Below, piece by piece: positions 33,282 to 44,063 of a DNA stretch of 64,000 nucleotides. Below the pieces are notes generated by a model. That model was not told where the DNA came from. It searched no databases and saw only the letters and a list, made by a program, of their open reading frames with translations. Source of the stretch: Deltaproteobacteria bacterium (GTDB taxonomy: Bacteria; Desulfobacterota; GWC2-55-46; DRQE01); the NCBI GenBank assembly GCA_029858205.1, contig JAOUFM010000002.1, positions 91,176 through 155,175 on the forward strand, written 5' to 3'. The position numbers were made by a program, and so were the translations under genes. The first letter of the stretch is position 1, and each line of letters begins with the position of its first letter.

Positions 33282-34280
33282 TTACGGCTCAGCATTCAGC
33301 TCGAGCCCTGCCGTTACTCCTTCCTTATAAAGCCTATATGCCATGTGCCCTATCATCGCGGCGTTGTCGGTGCAGTACTTTGGCGGCGGTATGAAGAGCC
33401 CTATGTCCACGCCCGAGGCAAGCTCCGCTGCCCTTTCCCTAAGCCTCGAATTGCAGGCAACGCCGCCTGCGATGGAAAGGCTCTTTACGCCGGTTTCCTT
33501 CACAGCTCGAAACGCTTTATCGAGAAGGGCATCCACAACCGCCTCCTGAAAAGACGCGGACATGTTACGCCGAAATTCGTCGTTTACCTCCGAAGCCTTT
33601 TGCACCTCGAGGAGCACGGCGGTCTTAAGTCCGCTAAAGCTGAACTCAAGGGCCCCGCTCTTGATGCGCGGCTTTGTAAACGAGTACGCGGCCTTATCGC
33701 CGTTTCTGGCAAGACGGTCTATCAAAACTCCTCCGGGGTATCCAAGGCCCATCAGCTTCGCGGCCTTATCAAATGCCTCGCCTGCTGCGTCGTCCCTTGT
33801 CTCGCCAAGCACACTCATCTTCGTAAAATCCTCGACAAGAAAAAGTGTCGTGTGCCCGCCCGAGACAACGAACGAGACAAACGGAAACTCAGGGGCCGCC
33901 GCGCCTTCCTTATCTGAGATAAAGGCCGAGAGCGCGTGCGCCTTTATATGGTCTACGGGAATAAGCGGCTTCTTTGCCACATAAGCGGCCGCCTTTGCAA
34001 AGGTAAGGCCGACAAGTATCGACCCAACGAGCCCGGGGCCGGATGTAACGCCTATGCACTCGACGTCGGATAGTTTTACGCCTGCCTTAAAAAGCGCTTC
34101 TTCCACTACCGGCACGACTGTCTCTATGTGCCGCCTCGAGGCAAGCTCCGGCACTATGCCGCCGTATTTGTTATGAATGTCGTTTTGGGAGGAAACAACG
34201 TTTGACACAACGACCCTGCCGTCCTTCACAACCGAGGCGCTCATGTCGTCACACGATGATTCTATGGCAAGGATTAGCAT
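33282..34280 (-). CDS. tsaD: tRNA N6-adenosine threonylcarbamoyltransferase
   Basis: Kae1/TsaD family with MLILAIESSCDD and His-His metal site. Confidence 0.92.
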   Translation of the reverse strand: MLILAIESSCDDMSASVVKDGRVVVSNVVSSQNDIHNKYGGIVPELASRRHIETVVPVVEEALFKAGVKLSDVECIGVTSGPGLVGSILVGLTFAKAAAYVAKKPLIPVDHIKAHALSAFISDKEGAAAPEFPFVSFVVSGGHTTLFLVEDFTKMSVLGETRDDAAGEAFDKAAKLMGLGYPGGVLIDRLARNGDKAAYSFTKPRIKSGALEFSFSGLKTAVLLEVQKASEVNDEFRRNMSASFQEAVVDALLDKAFRAVKETGVKSLSIAGGVACNSRLRERAAELASGVDIGLFIPPPKYCTDNAAMIGHMAYRLYKEGVTAGLELNAEP

Positions 34281-34285
34281 ACCTT

Positions 34286-35419
34286 CTACCCCTTCGCGGC
34301 AACTGCCTTCACTGCCTTCAGGAAAGCCTCGATATCGGCATCGGTATTAAAGTACCCGGGGCTGACCCTGATTGCGCCCTCGGGGAATGTGCCCGCAACC
34401 CTGTGCGCGGCAGGAGCGCAGTGCGTGCCGCACCTTACCATGATGGAGAACTCTCTGTCGAGCACGACACCTGCGTCATTGGCAGTAATGCCGTCTATTG
34501 TAAAACACACAAGCGAGGCGCGCTTTGCAGCGTCCATTGGTCCCAGTATCCTGATGCCCTTTATAGAGGCCAGTTCCTTTAGGATTATCCCGACAAAACG
34601 TTCTTCCTTTTTTCGTATGCCGGTAACGCCCTCCTGCATGATAAAGGCAGCGCCTGCGCCAAGGGCTGCGATGCCCGGAGTATTTACTGTGCCTGCCTCG
34701 AGCTTTTCCGGCATGTTAAGGACAGTTGTCTCGGCGCCTGTTGAGCCGTCTATGAAGGGCTCTATCTCTATGCCGTCCCTTAGATAAAGTATACCGGTGC
34801 CCTGTGGCCCGAAGAGCGCCTTATGCCCTGTTGCCGCAAGTATGTCGATAGATGAACCGGAAAGGTCCATAGGGATAGCCCCCGCGGTCTGCGCAGCATC
34901 GGTCATGAAGATTACGCCGTGCTCTTTACATGCCTTTGCGATTTCCTCTACCGGAAGTATTTCGCCAAATACATTTGACGCGTGCGTGATGACCACAAGC
35001 TCTGTTTCATCGGTTATAAGCGCCTCGATGTCAGAGGCATCGAGAAACCCGGGCCTCTTACCTGCTGCCTCGGTAAGCGTTATGACGCCGCGCTTCTTCA
35101 TGGAGAGAAGCGTCTTCAAAACGGCATTGTGCTCAAACGAGCTCGTTATGACGTGCCCGCCGCCGCTCATCACGCCCTTTATGGCGGCGTTTATGGCCTC
35201 TGTTGCGTTCTTGGTGAAAACGAGCCTTGAGGAGTCCTTTATGCCAAGCAGCCTTGCAACGGCCTCGCGCGCCTTGAAGACCTCGCGCATGGCGTCAAGC
35301 GCCATCTTGTGCGAGCCTCTTCCCGGGTTGCCGCCGACGTTCCTTAGGACGTAGTCTGCCCTGGCATACACTGCCTCGGGCTTTGGATATGACGTTGCCG
35401 CGTTATCTAAGTATATCAT
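34286..35419 (-). CDS. class V aminotransferase / cysteine desulfurase-family PLP enzyme
   Basis: PLP lysine context ATGHKALFGPQGTG and N-terminal YLDNAATS. Confidence 0.8.
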   Translation of the reverse strand: MIYLDNAATSYPKPEAVYARADYVLRNVGGNPGRGSHKMALDAMREVFKAREAVARLLGIKDSSRLVFTKNATEAINAAIKGVMSGGGHVITSSFEHNAVLKTLLSMKKRGVITLTEAAGKRPGFLDASDIEALITDETELVVITHASNVFGEILPVEEIAKACKEHGVIFMTDAAQTAGAIPMDLSGSSIDILAATGHKALFGPQGTGILYLRDGIEIEPFIDGSTGAETTVLNMPEKLEAGTVNTPGIAALGAGAAFIMQEGVTGIRKKEERFVGIILKELASIKGIRILGPMDAAKRASLVCFTIDGITANDAGVVLDREFSIMVRCGTHCAPAAHRVAGTFPEGAIRVSPGYFNTDADIEAFLKAVKAVAAKG

Positions 35420-35500
35420 CGGATAATAGTACCATTTGACGGACGTTTAGGCAATGAAGGGGTTATAAAAAGATAGCGGCGCAAAACGCCCCTGCCGCCG

Positions 35501-35824
35501 TTATTTCTTGGGAAGCGTAAGAAGCATCAGCTGCACGAAAAAGCCGAATGCCATAAGGAACCACGAGAGCTTGAACACGAGCTTCATGGTATCGGGAAGA
35601 AAGTTTATCCCGAGCGAAAACGGCCTGCCCACTTTGATAGCCGCAAGGCGCGTGTAGAGAAAGAACATGAACCCCATGAAAAAGGCGCCAAGAGAAAACC
35701 TTGCAAGCCCCTTGGCCTTCGTAAGGACCGAAGGCGCGGAAGCAGCCATGAAAAATGCTGCCGCGATTATCGAAAGATAAATAAACGCTATTATGACACT
35801 TACCCATCTGTTCATGCCCGGCAT
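35501..35824 (-). CDS. small membrane protein (3 TM)
   Basis: Hydrophobic 107-aa ORF lying between two same-strand genes. An overlapping 163-aa ORF in another frame is judged spurious. Confidence 0.4.
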   Translation of the reverse strand: MPGMNRWVSVIIAFIYLSIIAAAFFMAASAPSVLTKAKGLARFSLGAFFMGFMFFLYTRLAAIKVGRPFSLGINFLPDTMKLVFKLSWFLMAFGFFVQLMLLTLPKK

Positions 35825-35865
35825 TATAACGCCGAAAAAGGGCGCGGTAAAGCAAAACCTCTCTA

Positions 35866-37872
35866 TTAAACCCCGGCCTTTTTAAGGAGCGCGAGCAGCT
35901 CCTCGACGCTTTTAGCCTCGCCGATACAGGCGCCAAGCGTACACACCCTGACAAACGGCCGCATCATCTTCTCCCCTTGCTCGTGCGACACGACAACGGA
36001 GGGCGCATAACGCCTGGACAATGCGTTTACGAGTTCGCGCGTTTCCACGGCGTTTATATCGCCGGTAACTGTCGCGATACAGGCCGGGCCAAGCTGCATG
36101 TCAAGGGCCGCAAGGTACATGGTATATGCCTGCGGCGCAGCCTCCACACTCCTGCAAAATGCGCGGCCAAGGAGCGCTGCGGCATCGAGAAGCGACTTAT
36201 CGGAGCAAAGATACGCCAGGCGCACGAGGTTATACGCCGCAACCGAATTGCCGGAGGGAGCCGCGCCGTCGTAGAGGTCCTTCTGGCGCATGTAGAGGCC
36301 GCTCTCTGTTCCGTCGCAGCCAAAGAACGCGCCGCCTGCCCTGTCCTGAAACCGCTCCATCATGACCAAGGTAAGCGTCCTTGCGAGTATAAGATACTTC
36401 TTGTCGAAGGTGGCCATATAGAGCTCGATAAGCCCCCAAGTAAAGAATGCGTAATCCGTAAGGGTTCCCCTGTACGCGGCCTCGCCGTCCCTCCAGCGGT
36501 GAAAGACATGGCCTTCGACGCAGAGCTTTTCTATTATGAAGTCTGCGGCCCTGCGCGCAGTGTCAGCGTACCCCGGCTCGACAAAAGAGCGCGAGGCCCT
36601 TGCAAAGGCCGCTATCATAAGGCCGTTCCAGTCGGTAAGTATCTTGTCGTCCAGAAACGGCCTTACCCTCTGAAGCCTTGCCTTGAAGAGCTTCTTTTTT
36701 ATTATGGCAACACGCTCTATCGACTCCTCGTCCGTAAGAACACCCTCGTCGAAGATGAGCACGTTTTTCCCGTTCTTTTTCCCCTCTATTTCGTCAATGA
36801 AGTTACCCTCCGCCTCCGCTCCAAAGAGCCGCATTGCAAAGGCCGCGTCCTTTTTGCCAAGAACGTTTTCAAGCTCTTCTTTGCTCCATAGGTAATACGC
36901 GCCTTCCCTGCCTTCGGAATCCGCGTCCAGGGCCGAATAAAAGCCGCCTTCCTTGTGCGTCATGTCGCGCTCTACGTAAGCGAGCACTTCCTTTGCCGTT
37001 TCCCTAAATGACTCCTCGCCGGTCACTGCATAGGCCTCGGTATACGCCATGACGTGCATGGCCTGGTCGTAGAGCATCTTCTCGAAGTGCGGAAGCCTCC
37101 ACTCTCTGTCTGTTGAATAGCGGTGGAACCCGCCGCCAAGCTGGTCGAATATCGCGCCGCGGCGCATGGATTTAAGGGTCTTACACGCCATATCGAGCGC
37201 AGGGCCGCTTCCGCTTCGCTTATGATAGCGCAGGAAAAAAAGCGTGTTATGCGGCACCGGGAACTTCGGGCTTTCGCCAAACCCTCCGTGCGCCTTGTCA
37301 AAAAGGCTCTGCATCCGCTCACACGCCTCGTCAAGAACGTCCTTTCCAGGAGGCAGCTTTACGGCCTCCGGGAAAAACGAACGCAGCGCCTCATCCACCT
37401 TTTCCGTAGCGTTTACGATATTGGCGCGGCTGTTTTTCCATACCTCGTAAACCTCTTTGACTATGGTCTTTATGCCGACGCGTCCGCGCACATTGTCCTT
37501 TGGCGCGTATGTGACAGCGAAAAACGGCTTCTTATCAGGCGTGAGCATTATGTTAAGGGGCCATCCTCCCGTGCCGGATAACACGTACGCAGCGCTCATG
37601 TAAAAGGCGTCCACCTCGGGCCTCTCCTCCCTGTCGAGCTTTATGGCGATGAAACGGTCGTTTATTAGACGCCCCACCTCGGCGTCGCTAAACGATTCGC
37701 GCTCCATTACGTGGCACCAGTGGCAAGAAGAATACCCAGAAGAGAGAAGCACGGGCTTATCCTCTCTTCTTGCCCGCTCAAAGGCCTCCTCTCCCCACGG
37801 ATACCAGTCAACGGGGTTATCTGAGTGTCTTTTCAGATACGGGCTTTTCTCGTGCAAAAGGCGGTTTGCCAT
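35866..37872 (-). CDS. thioredoxin-domain protein YyaL/DUF255 family (thioredoxin plus six-hairpin glycosidase-like fold)
   Basis: N-terminal [17 protein letters not shown] thioredoxin-like motif; 668 aa. Confidence 0.8.
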   Translation of the reverse strand: MANRLLHEKSPYLKRHSDNPVDWYPWGEEAFERARREDKPVLLSSGYSSCHWCHVMERESFSDAEVGRLINDRFIAIKLDREERPEVDAFYMSAAYVLSGTGGWPLNIMLTPDKKPFFAVTYAPKDNVRGRVGIKTIVKEVYEVWKNSRANIVNATEKVDEALRSFFPEAVKLPPGKDVLDEACERMQSLFDKAHGGFGESPKFPVPHNTLFFLRYHKRSGSGPALDMACKTLKSMRRGAIFDQLGGGFHRYSTDREWRLPHFEKMLYDQAMHVMAYTEAYAVTGEESFRETAKEVLAYVERDMTHKEGGFYSALDADSEGREGAYYLWSKEELENVLGKKDAAFAMRLFGAEAEGNFIDEIEGKKNGKNVLIFDEGVLTDEESIERVAIIKKKLFKARLQRVRPFLDDKILTDWNGLMIAAFARASRSFVEPGYADTARRAADFIIEKLCVEGHVFHRWRDGEAAYRGTLTDYAFFTWGLIELYMATFDKKYLILARTLTLVMMERFQDRAGGAFFGCDGTESGLYMRQKDLYDGAAPSGNSVAAYNLVRLAYLCSDKSLLDAAALLGRAFCRSVEAAPQAYTMYLAALDMQLGPACIATVTGDINAVETRELVNALSRRYAPSVVVSHEQGEKMMRPFVRVCTLGACIGEAKSVEELLALLKKAGV

Positions 37873-38101
37873 ATCAGGGCGTTTAAAAGACCTTTCAATA
37901 TGATAAGCAGCGCATCTCTTAAATAATAGCTTTCAAGAAAACCCTTTAAGTATAGCACCTATTACATGACTTACAACCGCAGGGCCAAAATAAAGCCCAA
38001 TTAGCCTGTTTTTTTTAATGGATTTTAGGCTTGTAAGAAGCATGATATTCCTGTTACTATAGCCTTTAAAAATAGACGGTTACATCCAAGGGCACATATA
38101 A

Positions 38102-39631
38102 ATGCTTGCCAAAATCACATCCGGAGCAGTGCTTGGCATAGACGCCTACATGGTGGACGTCGAAGTCGATGTATCTAGCGGGCTTCCGTCCTTCCAGACG
38201 GTCGGACTTCCGGATAACGCGGTAAAGGAAAGCAGAGAGCGCGTACGAAGCGCGGTAAAGAACTCGGGCTACACCTTCCCCGGAGGCCGCGTTACAGTAA
38301 ACCTCGCCCCTGCTGACGTGAAAAAAGAAGGCACCACATTCGACCTTCCTGTTGCAGTTGGCATACTAAAGGCAGAGGGAATCATCAAGGCCGCCAATCT
38401 AAACGACTATGTCATAGCAGGCGAGCTCTCGTTGGACGGCACCATTAAAGCTGTTCGCGGAGTTCTTCCGATGGCGGTCGAAGCGCTACGCAACAAGAAA
38501 GCCCTCGTCGTGCCATCCCCAAACGCACGGGAGGCGGCAATAGTAGAGGGGCTTACTGTGTACGGAATAAACACGCTCTCGTCGCTTGTGGAGTTCCTCA
38601 ACAAGAACCTTGAAATGCCGCCCTATGACCGCGCCACAGCAGGTGTGGCGCCACAAGGCGCGGCAACGGCACCTGCCATAGACATGAGCGAGGTAAAAGG
38701 CCAGGAGCACGTAAAAAGGGCCCTTGAGGTGGCAAGCGCCGGTGGCCATAACGTGCTTCTTATCGGCCCTCCGGGCTCAGGGAAAACCATGCTCGCAAGG
38801 CGTGTGCCAACGATACTGCCCGACATGTCCCTAAACGAAGCAATAGAAACAACCAAGGTGCACAGTGTGGCAGGCACGCTTGCCGAGGCAGGCTCGCTCG
38901 TTACCGAGCGGCCGTTTCGCTCCCCTCACCACACGATATCGGACGCCGGGCTTATCGGCGGAGGCCAGATACCAAGGCCCGGAGAAGTAAGCCTTGCGCA
39001 TAACGGCGTGCTATTCTTAGATGAGATGCCCGAGTTCAGGAAAAACGTCCTTGAGATGCTAAGGCAACCAATCGAGGACGGCATCGTTACCATATCGAGG
39101 GCCGCTATTTCGCTGACATTTCCCTCGCGCTTCATGCTGATTGGAGCGATGAACCCGTGCCCGTGCGGACATCTCGGGGACCCGACAAAGGACTGCCGCT
39201 GCTCGCCGCTTATGACAAAGCGCTACCGCTCAAGGCTCTCCGGGCCGCTTCTCGACAGAATAGACATACACGCCGAGGTCCCGGCAGTGAGGTTTCGCGA
39301 ACTAAGCTCGGAAAAAACTGCCGAGACATCGGCCTCCATAAAAAGCCGCGTGGACAGGGCAAGGCTTATACAGGACGACAGGTTCAAGGGAACAAAGATA
39401 TTCTCCAATAGCCAGATGGGCTCGAGGCATATAAAAAAGCACTGCGCCCTGGATGCGGATTCCATGCGGCTTCTCGAAGCAGCGGTCGAGAGGCTTTCGC
39501 TGTCAGCACGGGCATACACGCGAGTACTCAAGGTGGCGCGCACCATAGCCGACCTGGAAGGCGAGGAAAACATCGGCTCGCGCCACGTCTCCGAGGCAGT
39601 GCAGTACAGGGCCTTTGACAGAGACGCGTAA
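38102..39631 (+). CDS. comM: YifB/ComM-family Mg-chelatase-like AAA+ ATPase
   Basis: Lon-like N-terminal domain, Walker A GPPGSGKT and arginine finger. Confidence 0.9.
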   Translation: MLAKITSGAVLGIDAYMVDVEVDVSSGLPSFQTVGLPDNAVKESRERVRSAVKNSGYTFPGGRVTVNLAPADVKKEGTTFDLPVAVGILKAEGIIKAANLNDYVIAGELSLDGTIKAVRGVLPMAVEALRNKKALVVPSPNAREAAIVEGLTVYGINTLSSLVEFLNKNLEMPPYDRATAGVAPQGAATAPAIDMSEVKGQEHVKRALEVASAGGHNVLLIGPPGSGKTMLARRVPTILPDMSLNEAIETTKVHSVAGTLAEAGSLVTERPFRSPHHTISDAGLIGGGQIPRPGEVSLAHNGVLFLDEMPEFRKNVLEMLRQPIEDGIVTISRAAISLTFPSRFMLIGAMNPCPCGHLGDPTKDCRCSPLMTKRYRSRLSGPLLDRIDIHAEVPAVRFRELSSEKTAETSASIKSRVDRARLIQDDRFKGTKIFSNSQMGSRHIKKHCALDADSMRLLEAAVERLSLSARAYTRVLKVARTIADLEGEENIGSRHVSEAVQYRAFDRDA

Positions 39632-39691
39632 GGCAGAACCTTCTCATTTTCCGACAAAAACACCCTGCCAAAACAATTTCAAAAAAACCTC

Positions 39692-39720
39692 TTGACTTAG
39701 TGTCTTTCATACACTATAAT
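39692..39720 (+). promoter_or_regulatory. consensus sigma70 promoter of the Nudix-regulator operon
   Basis: TTGACT-17 nt-TATAAT. AAGGAGG RBS 6 nt before ATG at 39760. Confidence 0.7.
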
Positions 39721-39738
39721 AGTGTCAGAAACACACTA
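39698..39738 (+). promoter_or_regulatory. two tandem 19-bp palindromic operator-like sites (TAGTGT-N7-ACACTA)
   Basis: Site 1 at about 39698-39716 overlaps the spacer and -10 element. Site 2 at about 39720-39738 overlaps the predicted TSS. Centres are 22 bp apart. Confidence 0.6.
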
Positions 39739-39759
39739 ACACTGCTTAAGGAGGCTGCC

Positions 39760-40449
39760 ATGACATACACATACCAATATCCGAGACCGGCGCTCGCAAC
39801 CGACTGCGTAGTGTTTGGCCTGGATAACGAGGACTTAAAGGTGCTCCTCATACAGCGCGACATAGAGCCGTTCAAGGGCAAATGGGCGCTCCCAGGTGGG
39901 TTCATAAAGCCGGGAGAGGCCTTGGAAGACGCGGCAAGAAGGGAGCTACTTGAGGAAACCGGGCTTAAAGGGATATTTCTTGAGCAGCTCTACACCTTCG
40001 GAGAGCCCGGCAGGGACCCGAGAGAACACGTCGTAACGGTCGTATACTACGCGCTAACGAACCTCTCAGAGCACGTGATAAAGGCCTCTACTGACGCAAG
40101 GAACGCTGCATGGTTCTCAACCGACGACGTCCCCGGCCTTGCCTTTGACCACGAAGTGATACTCGAGACAGCGCTTACGAGGCTAAGGGGGAAGATAACG
40201 TACCAGCCAATAGGGTTCGAACTTTTGCCAAAAAAGTTTACGCTTCGCCAGTTACAAGAGATGTATGAAAAGATACTTGATAAGGCACTCGACAAAAGGA
40301 ACTTCCGTAAAAAGATGCTAGGCTTCGGGATACTGGTAGCGTCAGACGAGATAGAAACAGACGTTGCCCACCGCGCTGCCAGGCTCTACGGCTTCGATAA
40401 GCGGCGCTACCAGCAGCTCGTAAAGGAAGGTTTCGTGTTCGAGATATAG
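39760..40449 (+). CDS. nrtR: Nudix hydrolase fused to C-terminal winged-helix domain (NrtR-like transcriptional regulator / ADP-ribose pyrophosphatase)
   Basis: Intact Nudix box [24 protein letters not shown] and a C-terminal NrtR-type wHTH region. Start reassigned to the ATG with a strong RBS. Confidence 0.7.
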   Translation: MTYTYQYPRPALATDCVVFGLDNEDLKVLLIQRDIEPFKGKWALPGGFIKPGEALEDAARRELLEETGLKGIFLEQLYTFGEPGRDPREHVVTVVYYALTNLSEHVIKASTDARNAAWFSTDDVPGLAFDHEVILETALTRLRGKITYQPIGFELLPKKFTLRQLQEMYEKILDKALDKRNFRKKMLGFGILVASDEIETDVAHRAARLYGFDKRRYQQLVKEGFVFEI

Positions 40450-40503
40450 GAGAAAGAGCGCGGCATGGGGCCGCAAGCAACCATGATGGAAAGGAGGCCT
40501 GCC

Positions 40504-41547
40504 ATGTTCGGGTTCAAGTTCATAAAAACCATTCCAACGACCTACGTAATACAGTACAGGCGCGGTAAAATTGTGCGCCAGGGCGCGGGGCTCTCCTTTT
40601 TCTACTTCACGCCGTTTAGTTCGCTCGCGGCCGTTCCGCTCGAGAGAACATACGCGCCCTTCATATTCACCGAGGCGTGCGCGGACTTCCAGGAAGTCAC
40701 CGTGCAGGGCGAGGTCGCCTACCGCGTAAGCGACCCCGTACGGCTCGCCGGGGCCATGAACTTCACGCTTGGCGCAGCCGGCAAGTACTCGACCGATGAC
40801 CCTGTAAAGCTGCCGCAAAAGATAATCAACCGCATCCGGGTGCTCGCAAAAGAGGAACTTCGCACCCTCGCGCTAAGGACCGCCATCAAGGCCGGCGAGG
40901 TGTTTGGCGCGAAGATAAAAACAGCGCTCAAAAAGGAAGACGAGATAACAGGGCTCGGCATCGAGGTAATCGAGCTTAGCATACTCGCCGTCAAGCCCGT
41001 GCCGGAAACTGCCAGGGCCCTCGAGGCAACGGTTAGAGAGGAAATACTAAAAGAAGCGGACCTCGCGGTCTACGACAGGCGAAACGCCGCAATAGAGCAG
41101 GAACGAGCGCTAAAGGAGAACGAGCTCAACACCGCAGTGGCAGTCGAAAAAAAGCGCAGGGAGATAGAGGAAACAAAGATAGACGGGCTAAGGGCCGTGG
41201 AAGAAAAGACGCGGCTTCTTACAAAGGAAAAGATGGCCGGGCAGATAGAGGCAGAGAAAGAAAGAACAACGCTTGTTGAGCTTATCGCCGGCAACAAGAG
41301 AAAGGAAGCGGACGCAGAGGAATACGAGGTGACGGCAAGGCTAAGGCCGCTTAAGGACGCGGACGTAAAGATGCTGGAGGCGCTGGCAATAAGCGGCATG
41401 GAGCCGGCCAAGATAATAGCGCAGGCATTCAGGGGGCTTGCCGAAAATAGCGGCAAGATAGGCACTCTAAGCATCACTCCTGACCTGCTTGGTGAACTCA
41501 TAAAAACGAAAGGAGACCCTCGCCATGCGCCCGCTAACAGAAAATAG
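40504..41547 (+). CDS. SPFH/band-7 (flotillin/stomatin-like) domain protein with C-terminal coiled coil
   Basis: SPFH core followed by a long EA-rich coiled coil. The likely start is ATG at 40504, preceded by a GGAGG RBS. Confidence 0.75.
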   Translation: MFGFKFIKTIPTTYVIQYRRGKIVRQGAGLSFFYFTPFSSLAAVPLERTYAPFIFTEACADFQEVTVQGEVAYRVSDPVRLAGAMNFTLGAAGKYSTDDPVKLPQKIINRIRVLAKEELRTLALRTAIKAGEVFGAKIKTALKKEDEITGLGIEVIELSILAVKPVPETARALEATVREEILKEADLAVYDRRNAAIEQERALKENELNTAVAVEKKRREIEETKIDGLRAVEEKTRLLTKEKMAGQIEAEKERTTLVELIAGNKRKEADAEEYEVTARLRPLKDADVKMLEALAISGMEPAKIIAQAFRGLAENSGKIGTLSITPDLLGELIKTKGDPRHAPANRK

Positions 41548-42463
41548 GATAATACTCATAGAGCGCCCGACACGCTTAGACGAGCTCATCATGCGCCACA
41601 ACACGCCCGAGCAGGCACGGTTCCACGTCGAACGACTGGGCGTTGACTTTGGCGACTACGAAGAAGAGCACAGCATATACAAGACGTCGCTTGCTCTGGC
41701 AAAGGATGCCCTCGCGACACTCGGCATCCTGCACACGGTTGAGAGAAGGTATCTGCCAAACTACATCTTCGGGAGAAAGGACGTTGTCGTCGCGCTTGGC
41801 CAGGACGGGCTCGTTGCCAACACGCTTAAGTACCTAAACGGCCAGATCTTGGTCGGCGTGAACCCGGACCCGAGGCGCAACAGCGGGCTTCTACTGCCCT
41901 TCAACGCAATCGAGCTCGGGCTCGTCATGCCGGAGATACTTGCCGGAAAAAGGGATGTAAGGGAAATAACCCTTGCGAAGGCAACGCTAAACGACACGCA
42001 AGCCCTCTACGGCGTAAACGACATCTTTATCGGGCAAAGAACCCACGTCTCGGCAAGGTATGAGATAGCGGCAAACGGAAAAAAGGAGCGGCAATCATCG
42101 AGCGGAATAATAGTCTCGACCGGGCTCGGCTCGACCGGATGGTTTAAGAGCATAGTCGCCGGGGCAGCCGGCATAACAAGCGGCTACCTCGGCGCCGAGA
42201 TAAAAAAACCGGACAACACGGCCTTTGCGTGGAACCTAAGGCGGCTCGCGTACTGTGTGCGCGAGCCGTTTACAAGCGTTACGACAGGGGCAAACATGGT
42301 CTACGGCGAAATAACCGATAAAAAGGAACTCGTCGTAACGAGCCAGATGGCGGAAAACGGCGTGATATTCAGTGACGGCATGGAGGCAGATTACCTTGAG
42401 TTCAATTCCGGGGCGGTTGCTAAAATAACCATAGCCGAAAAGACCGGGCTCCTTGCCGTATAG
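41525..42463 (+). CDS. divergent ATP-NAD kinase (NadK/DAGK_cat-fold) family protein
   Basis: Degenerate motifs GQDGL (for GGDGT), GVNPDPRRNSGLL (for GINxGxLGFL) and STGLGSTGWFKS (for TPTGSTAYSxSAGG). Overlaps the SPFH gene 3' end by 23 nt. Confidence 0.5.
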   Translation: MRPLTENRIILIERPTRLDELIMRHNTPEQARFHVERLGVDFGDYEEEHSIYKTSLALAKDALATLGILHTVERRYLPNYIFGRKDVVVALGQDGLVANTLKYLNGQILVGVNPDPRRNSGLLLPFNAIELGLVMPEILAGKRDVREITLAKATLNDTQALYGVNDIFIGQRTHVSARYEIAANGKKERQSSSGIIVSTGLGSTGWFKSIVAGAAGITSGYLGAEIKKPDNTAFAWNLRRLAYCVREPFTSVTTGANMVYGEITDKKELVVTSQMAENGVIFSDGMEADYLEFNSGAVAKITIAEKTGLLAV

Positions 42464-42478
42464 GCAAGCGGGCCCGGC

Positions 42479-43069
42479 CTAACCGCGCTCGACGCTTCGG
42501 CGCTCAAGCAGACAGCGAAGAGACACATACGTATAACGAACGCCTGTCGCCGCGACTATCGGCAGCCAGACGTACTTTAGTTCGCTAAAAAGTACGGAAT
42601 TGCCTTTGCCGCTAAGAAAATACGAAAGGCGTATGGGAGAGGCCTCTATCGGGTGCCAGGGGAATCGAAACCTTGCCTCCGTAAAAGGCGCAAAGAAGGC
42701 AACACCGCGTCCGCCGTCGGTAAAGGCATCGAGCACCGGATGCGACATTATGACAGCGAAGAAGACTATGAACAACACGCCACGGCGCCACTGTTCGCCG
42801 CAGCCTTCGCTCATCTTCGCTCGCACCAGCAGCATAAAGGCATACGCCGCCGGTGCGGCAAAAAATAGCGAGTGCGTAAAACCACGGTGCCCGAACATTG
42901 TGGACGTCTGCACGCCAAAGAGCTTATACGGTATGATGTCTAGATCAGGAACCACTGCTGCCGCCGCAACAACTGCGACGTAGAAGAGAACCGCCCTGCC
43001 CCTTAGCCCGGCCGGGCACAAAGAGGCAATGAAGACCCCGGCAGCAGCATGTGTGACAGGTGTTGGCAT
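42479..43069 (-). CDS. membrane-bound metal-dependent hydrolase (YdjM/DUF457 family)
   Basis: Hydrophobic protein with His-rich motifs (FGHRGFTHS). Confidence 0.6.
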   Translation of the reverse strand: MPTPVTHAAAGVFIASLCPAGLRGRAVLFYVAVVAAAAVVPDLDIIPYKLFGVQTSTMFGHRGFTHSLFFAAPAAYAFMLLVRAKMSEGCGEQWRRGVLFIVFFAVIMSHPVLDAFTDGGRGVAFFAPFTEARFRFPWHPIEASPIRLSYFLSGKGNSVLFSELKYVWLPIVAATGVRYTYVSLRCLLERRSVERG

Positions 43070-43093
43070 AATATTGCTTCCGGCAAAAAACAG

Positions 43094-43384
43094 CTAATCT
43101 GCCTTGCCGCTTTCCCAGAACTTCTTTATCTCGGGGTTAACAAGCAGCCTCTGGCAATCGACTTCGGCAAATCCGGATTTGTCTTCCCTGTCTATCCTGG
43201 CAAAACACACGCCGTTTGTGCGGTCTACTATGTACTCCATCTTGCCCCACACAAACGACCCGGCAACGCGGAAAACCGCGACATCGGCCTTTATCATATG
43301 GAGCTCTACCGTGGATGGCTTGGCATGCGCGTCGATGCAAAAGAACATCAACAAGAGCGGCAACAGCAACACGTATTTTTTCAT
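43094..43384 (-). CDS. small secreted hypothetical protein
   Basis: Signal peptide (LLLPLLLMFFCIDAHA) and two Cys residues. Confidence 0.45.
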   Translation of the reverse strand: MKKYVLLLPLLLMFFCIDAHAKPSTVELHMIKADVAVFRVAGSFVWGKMEYIVDRTNGVCFARIDREDKSGFAEVDCQRLLVNPEIKKFWESGKAD

Positions 43385-43425
43385 GTTCGCGTTCTCCTTT
43401 TTTGCGGCATACGGAAAACAACCGC

Positions 43426-44061
43426 TTAGTATATCTTCGTCTTTTCCATTTCCTGGTTGGGGCCGCCGTTTAGCATCTTCACAACGGCATGGCCGTCGCC
43501 GAAGTAATCTATGAGGTTAAGCCCGCCGTAATCCTGCTCGATATTGAAAAACCTTTCGACCGGGAGCCCCATGGCATCGCAGAGCACAACGCGGTTAACC
43601 CCTCCGTGCGCGACAATACCGATGCTTTTCCCTCTATACTTCGCGATAAGCTCATGAAGAGCGGGTAGCACTCTCGCCTTCAGTTCGACAAGGCTCTCTC
43701 CGCCCTTTAGCTTGTTGTTTGCAAGGTCCTTGAAGCTAAAATGCGCCTCATCGGGAAACTTCTGGGCCGCCTCGTCCCGTGTCATGCCCTCCCACCTTCC
43801 AAGATGCAGTTCCCTGAAAACATGTATGCGCGAGGCCTTTATGCCAAGCCTCTCGCCTATTATCTCCGCGCCCTTGTACGCGCGCTGAAGATCGCTCGAA
43901 TAGAGCGCGGCAATGCCCTTATCTGCGAAGAACTCGGCAAGCCGCTGCATCTGGGAGATTCCGACACTCGTTATGTCAACGTCCGTATGTCCGTTATAGC
44001 GAAAGTCCGCGTGCCCAACGACCTGTCCGTGCCTTGCAAGATATACGCGCGTTGAGTCCAT
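43426..44061 (-). CDS. cobC: histidine-phosphatase-family protein, probably alpha-ribazole phosphatase
   Basis: RHG catalytic motif. Immediately downstream of cobO. Confidence 0.5.
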   Translation of the reverse strand: MDSTRVYLARHGQVVGHADFRYNGHTDVDITSVGISQMQRLAEFFADKGIAALYSSDLQRAYKGAEIIGERLGIKASRIHVFRELHLGRWEGMTRDEAAQKFPDEAHFSFKDLANNKLKGGESLVELKARVLPALHELIAKYRGKSIGIVAHGGVNRVVLCDAMGLPVERFFNIEQDYGGLNLIDYFGDGHAVVKMLNGGPNQEMEKTKIY

Positions 44062-44063
44062 CT

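Noticed and set aside
35977-36891. 304-aa plus-strand ORF
   Set aside because: Antisense to the thioredoxin-domain YyaL-like gene, which has a clear conserved motif and RBS.
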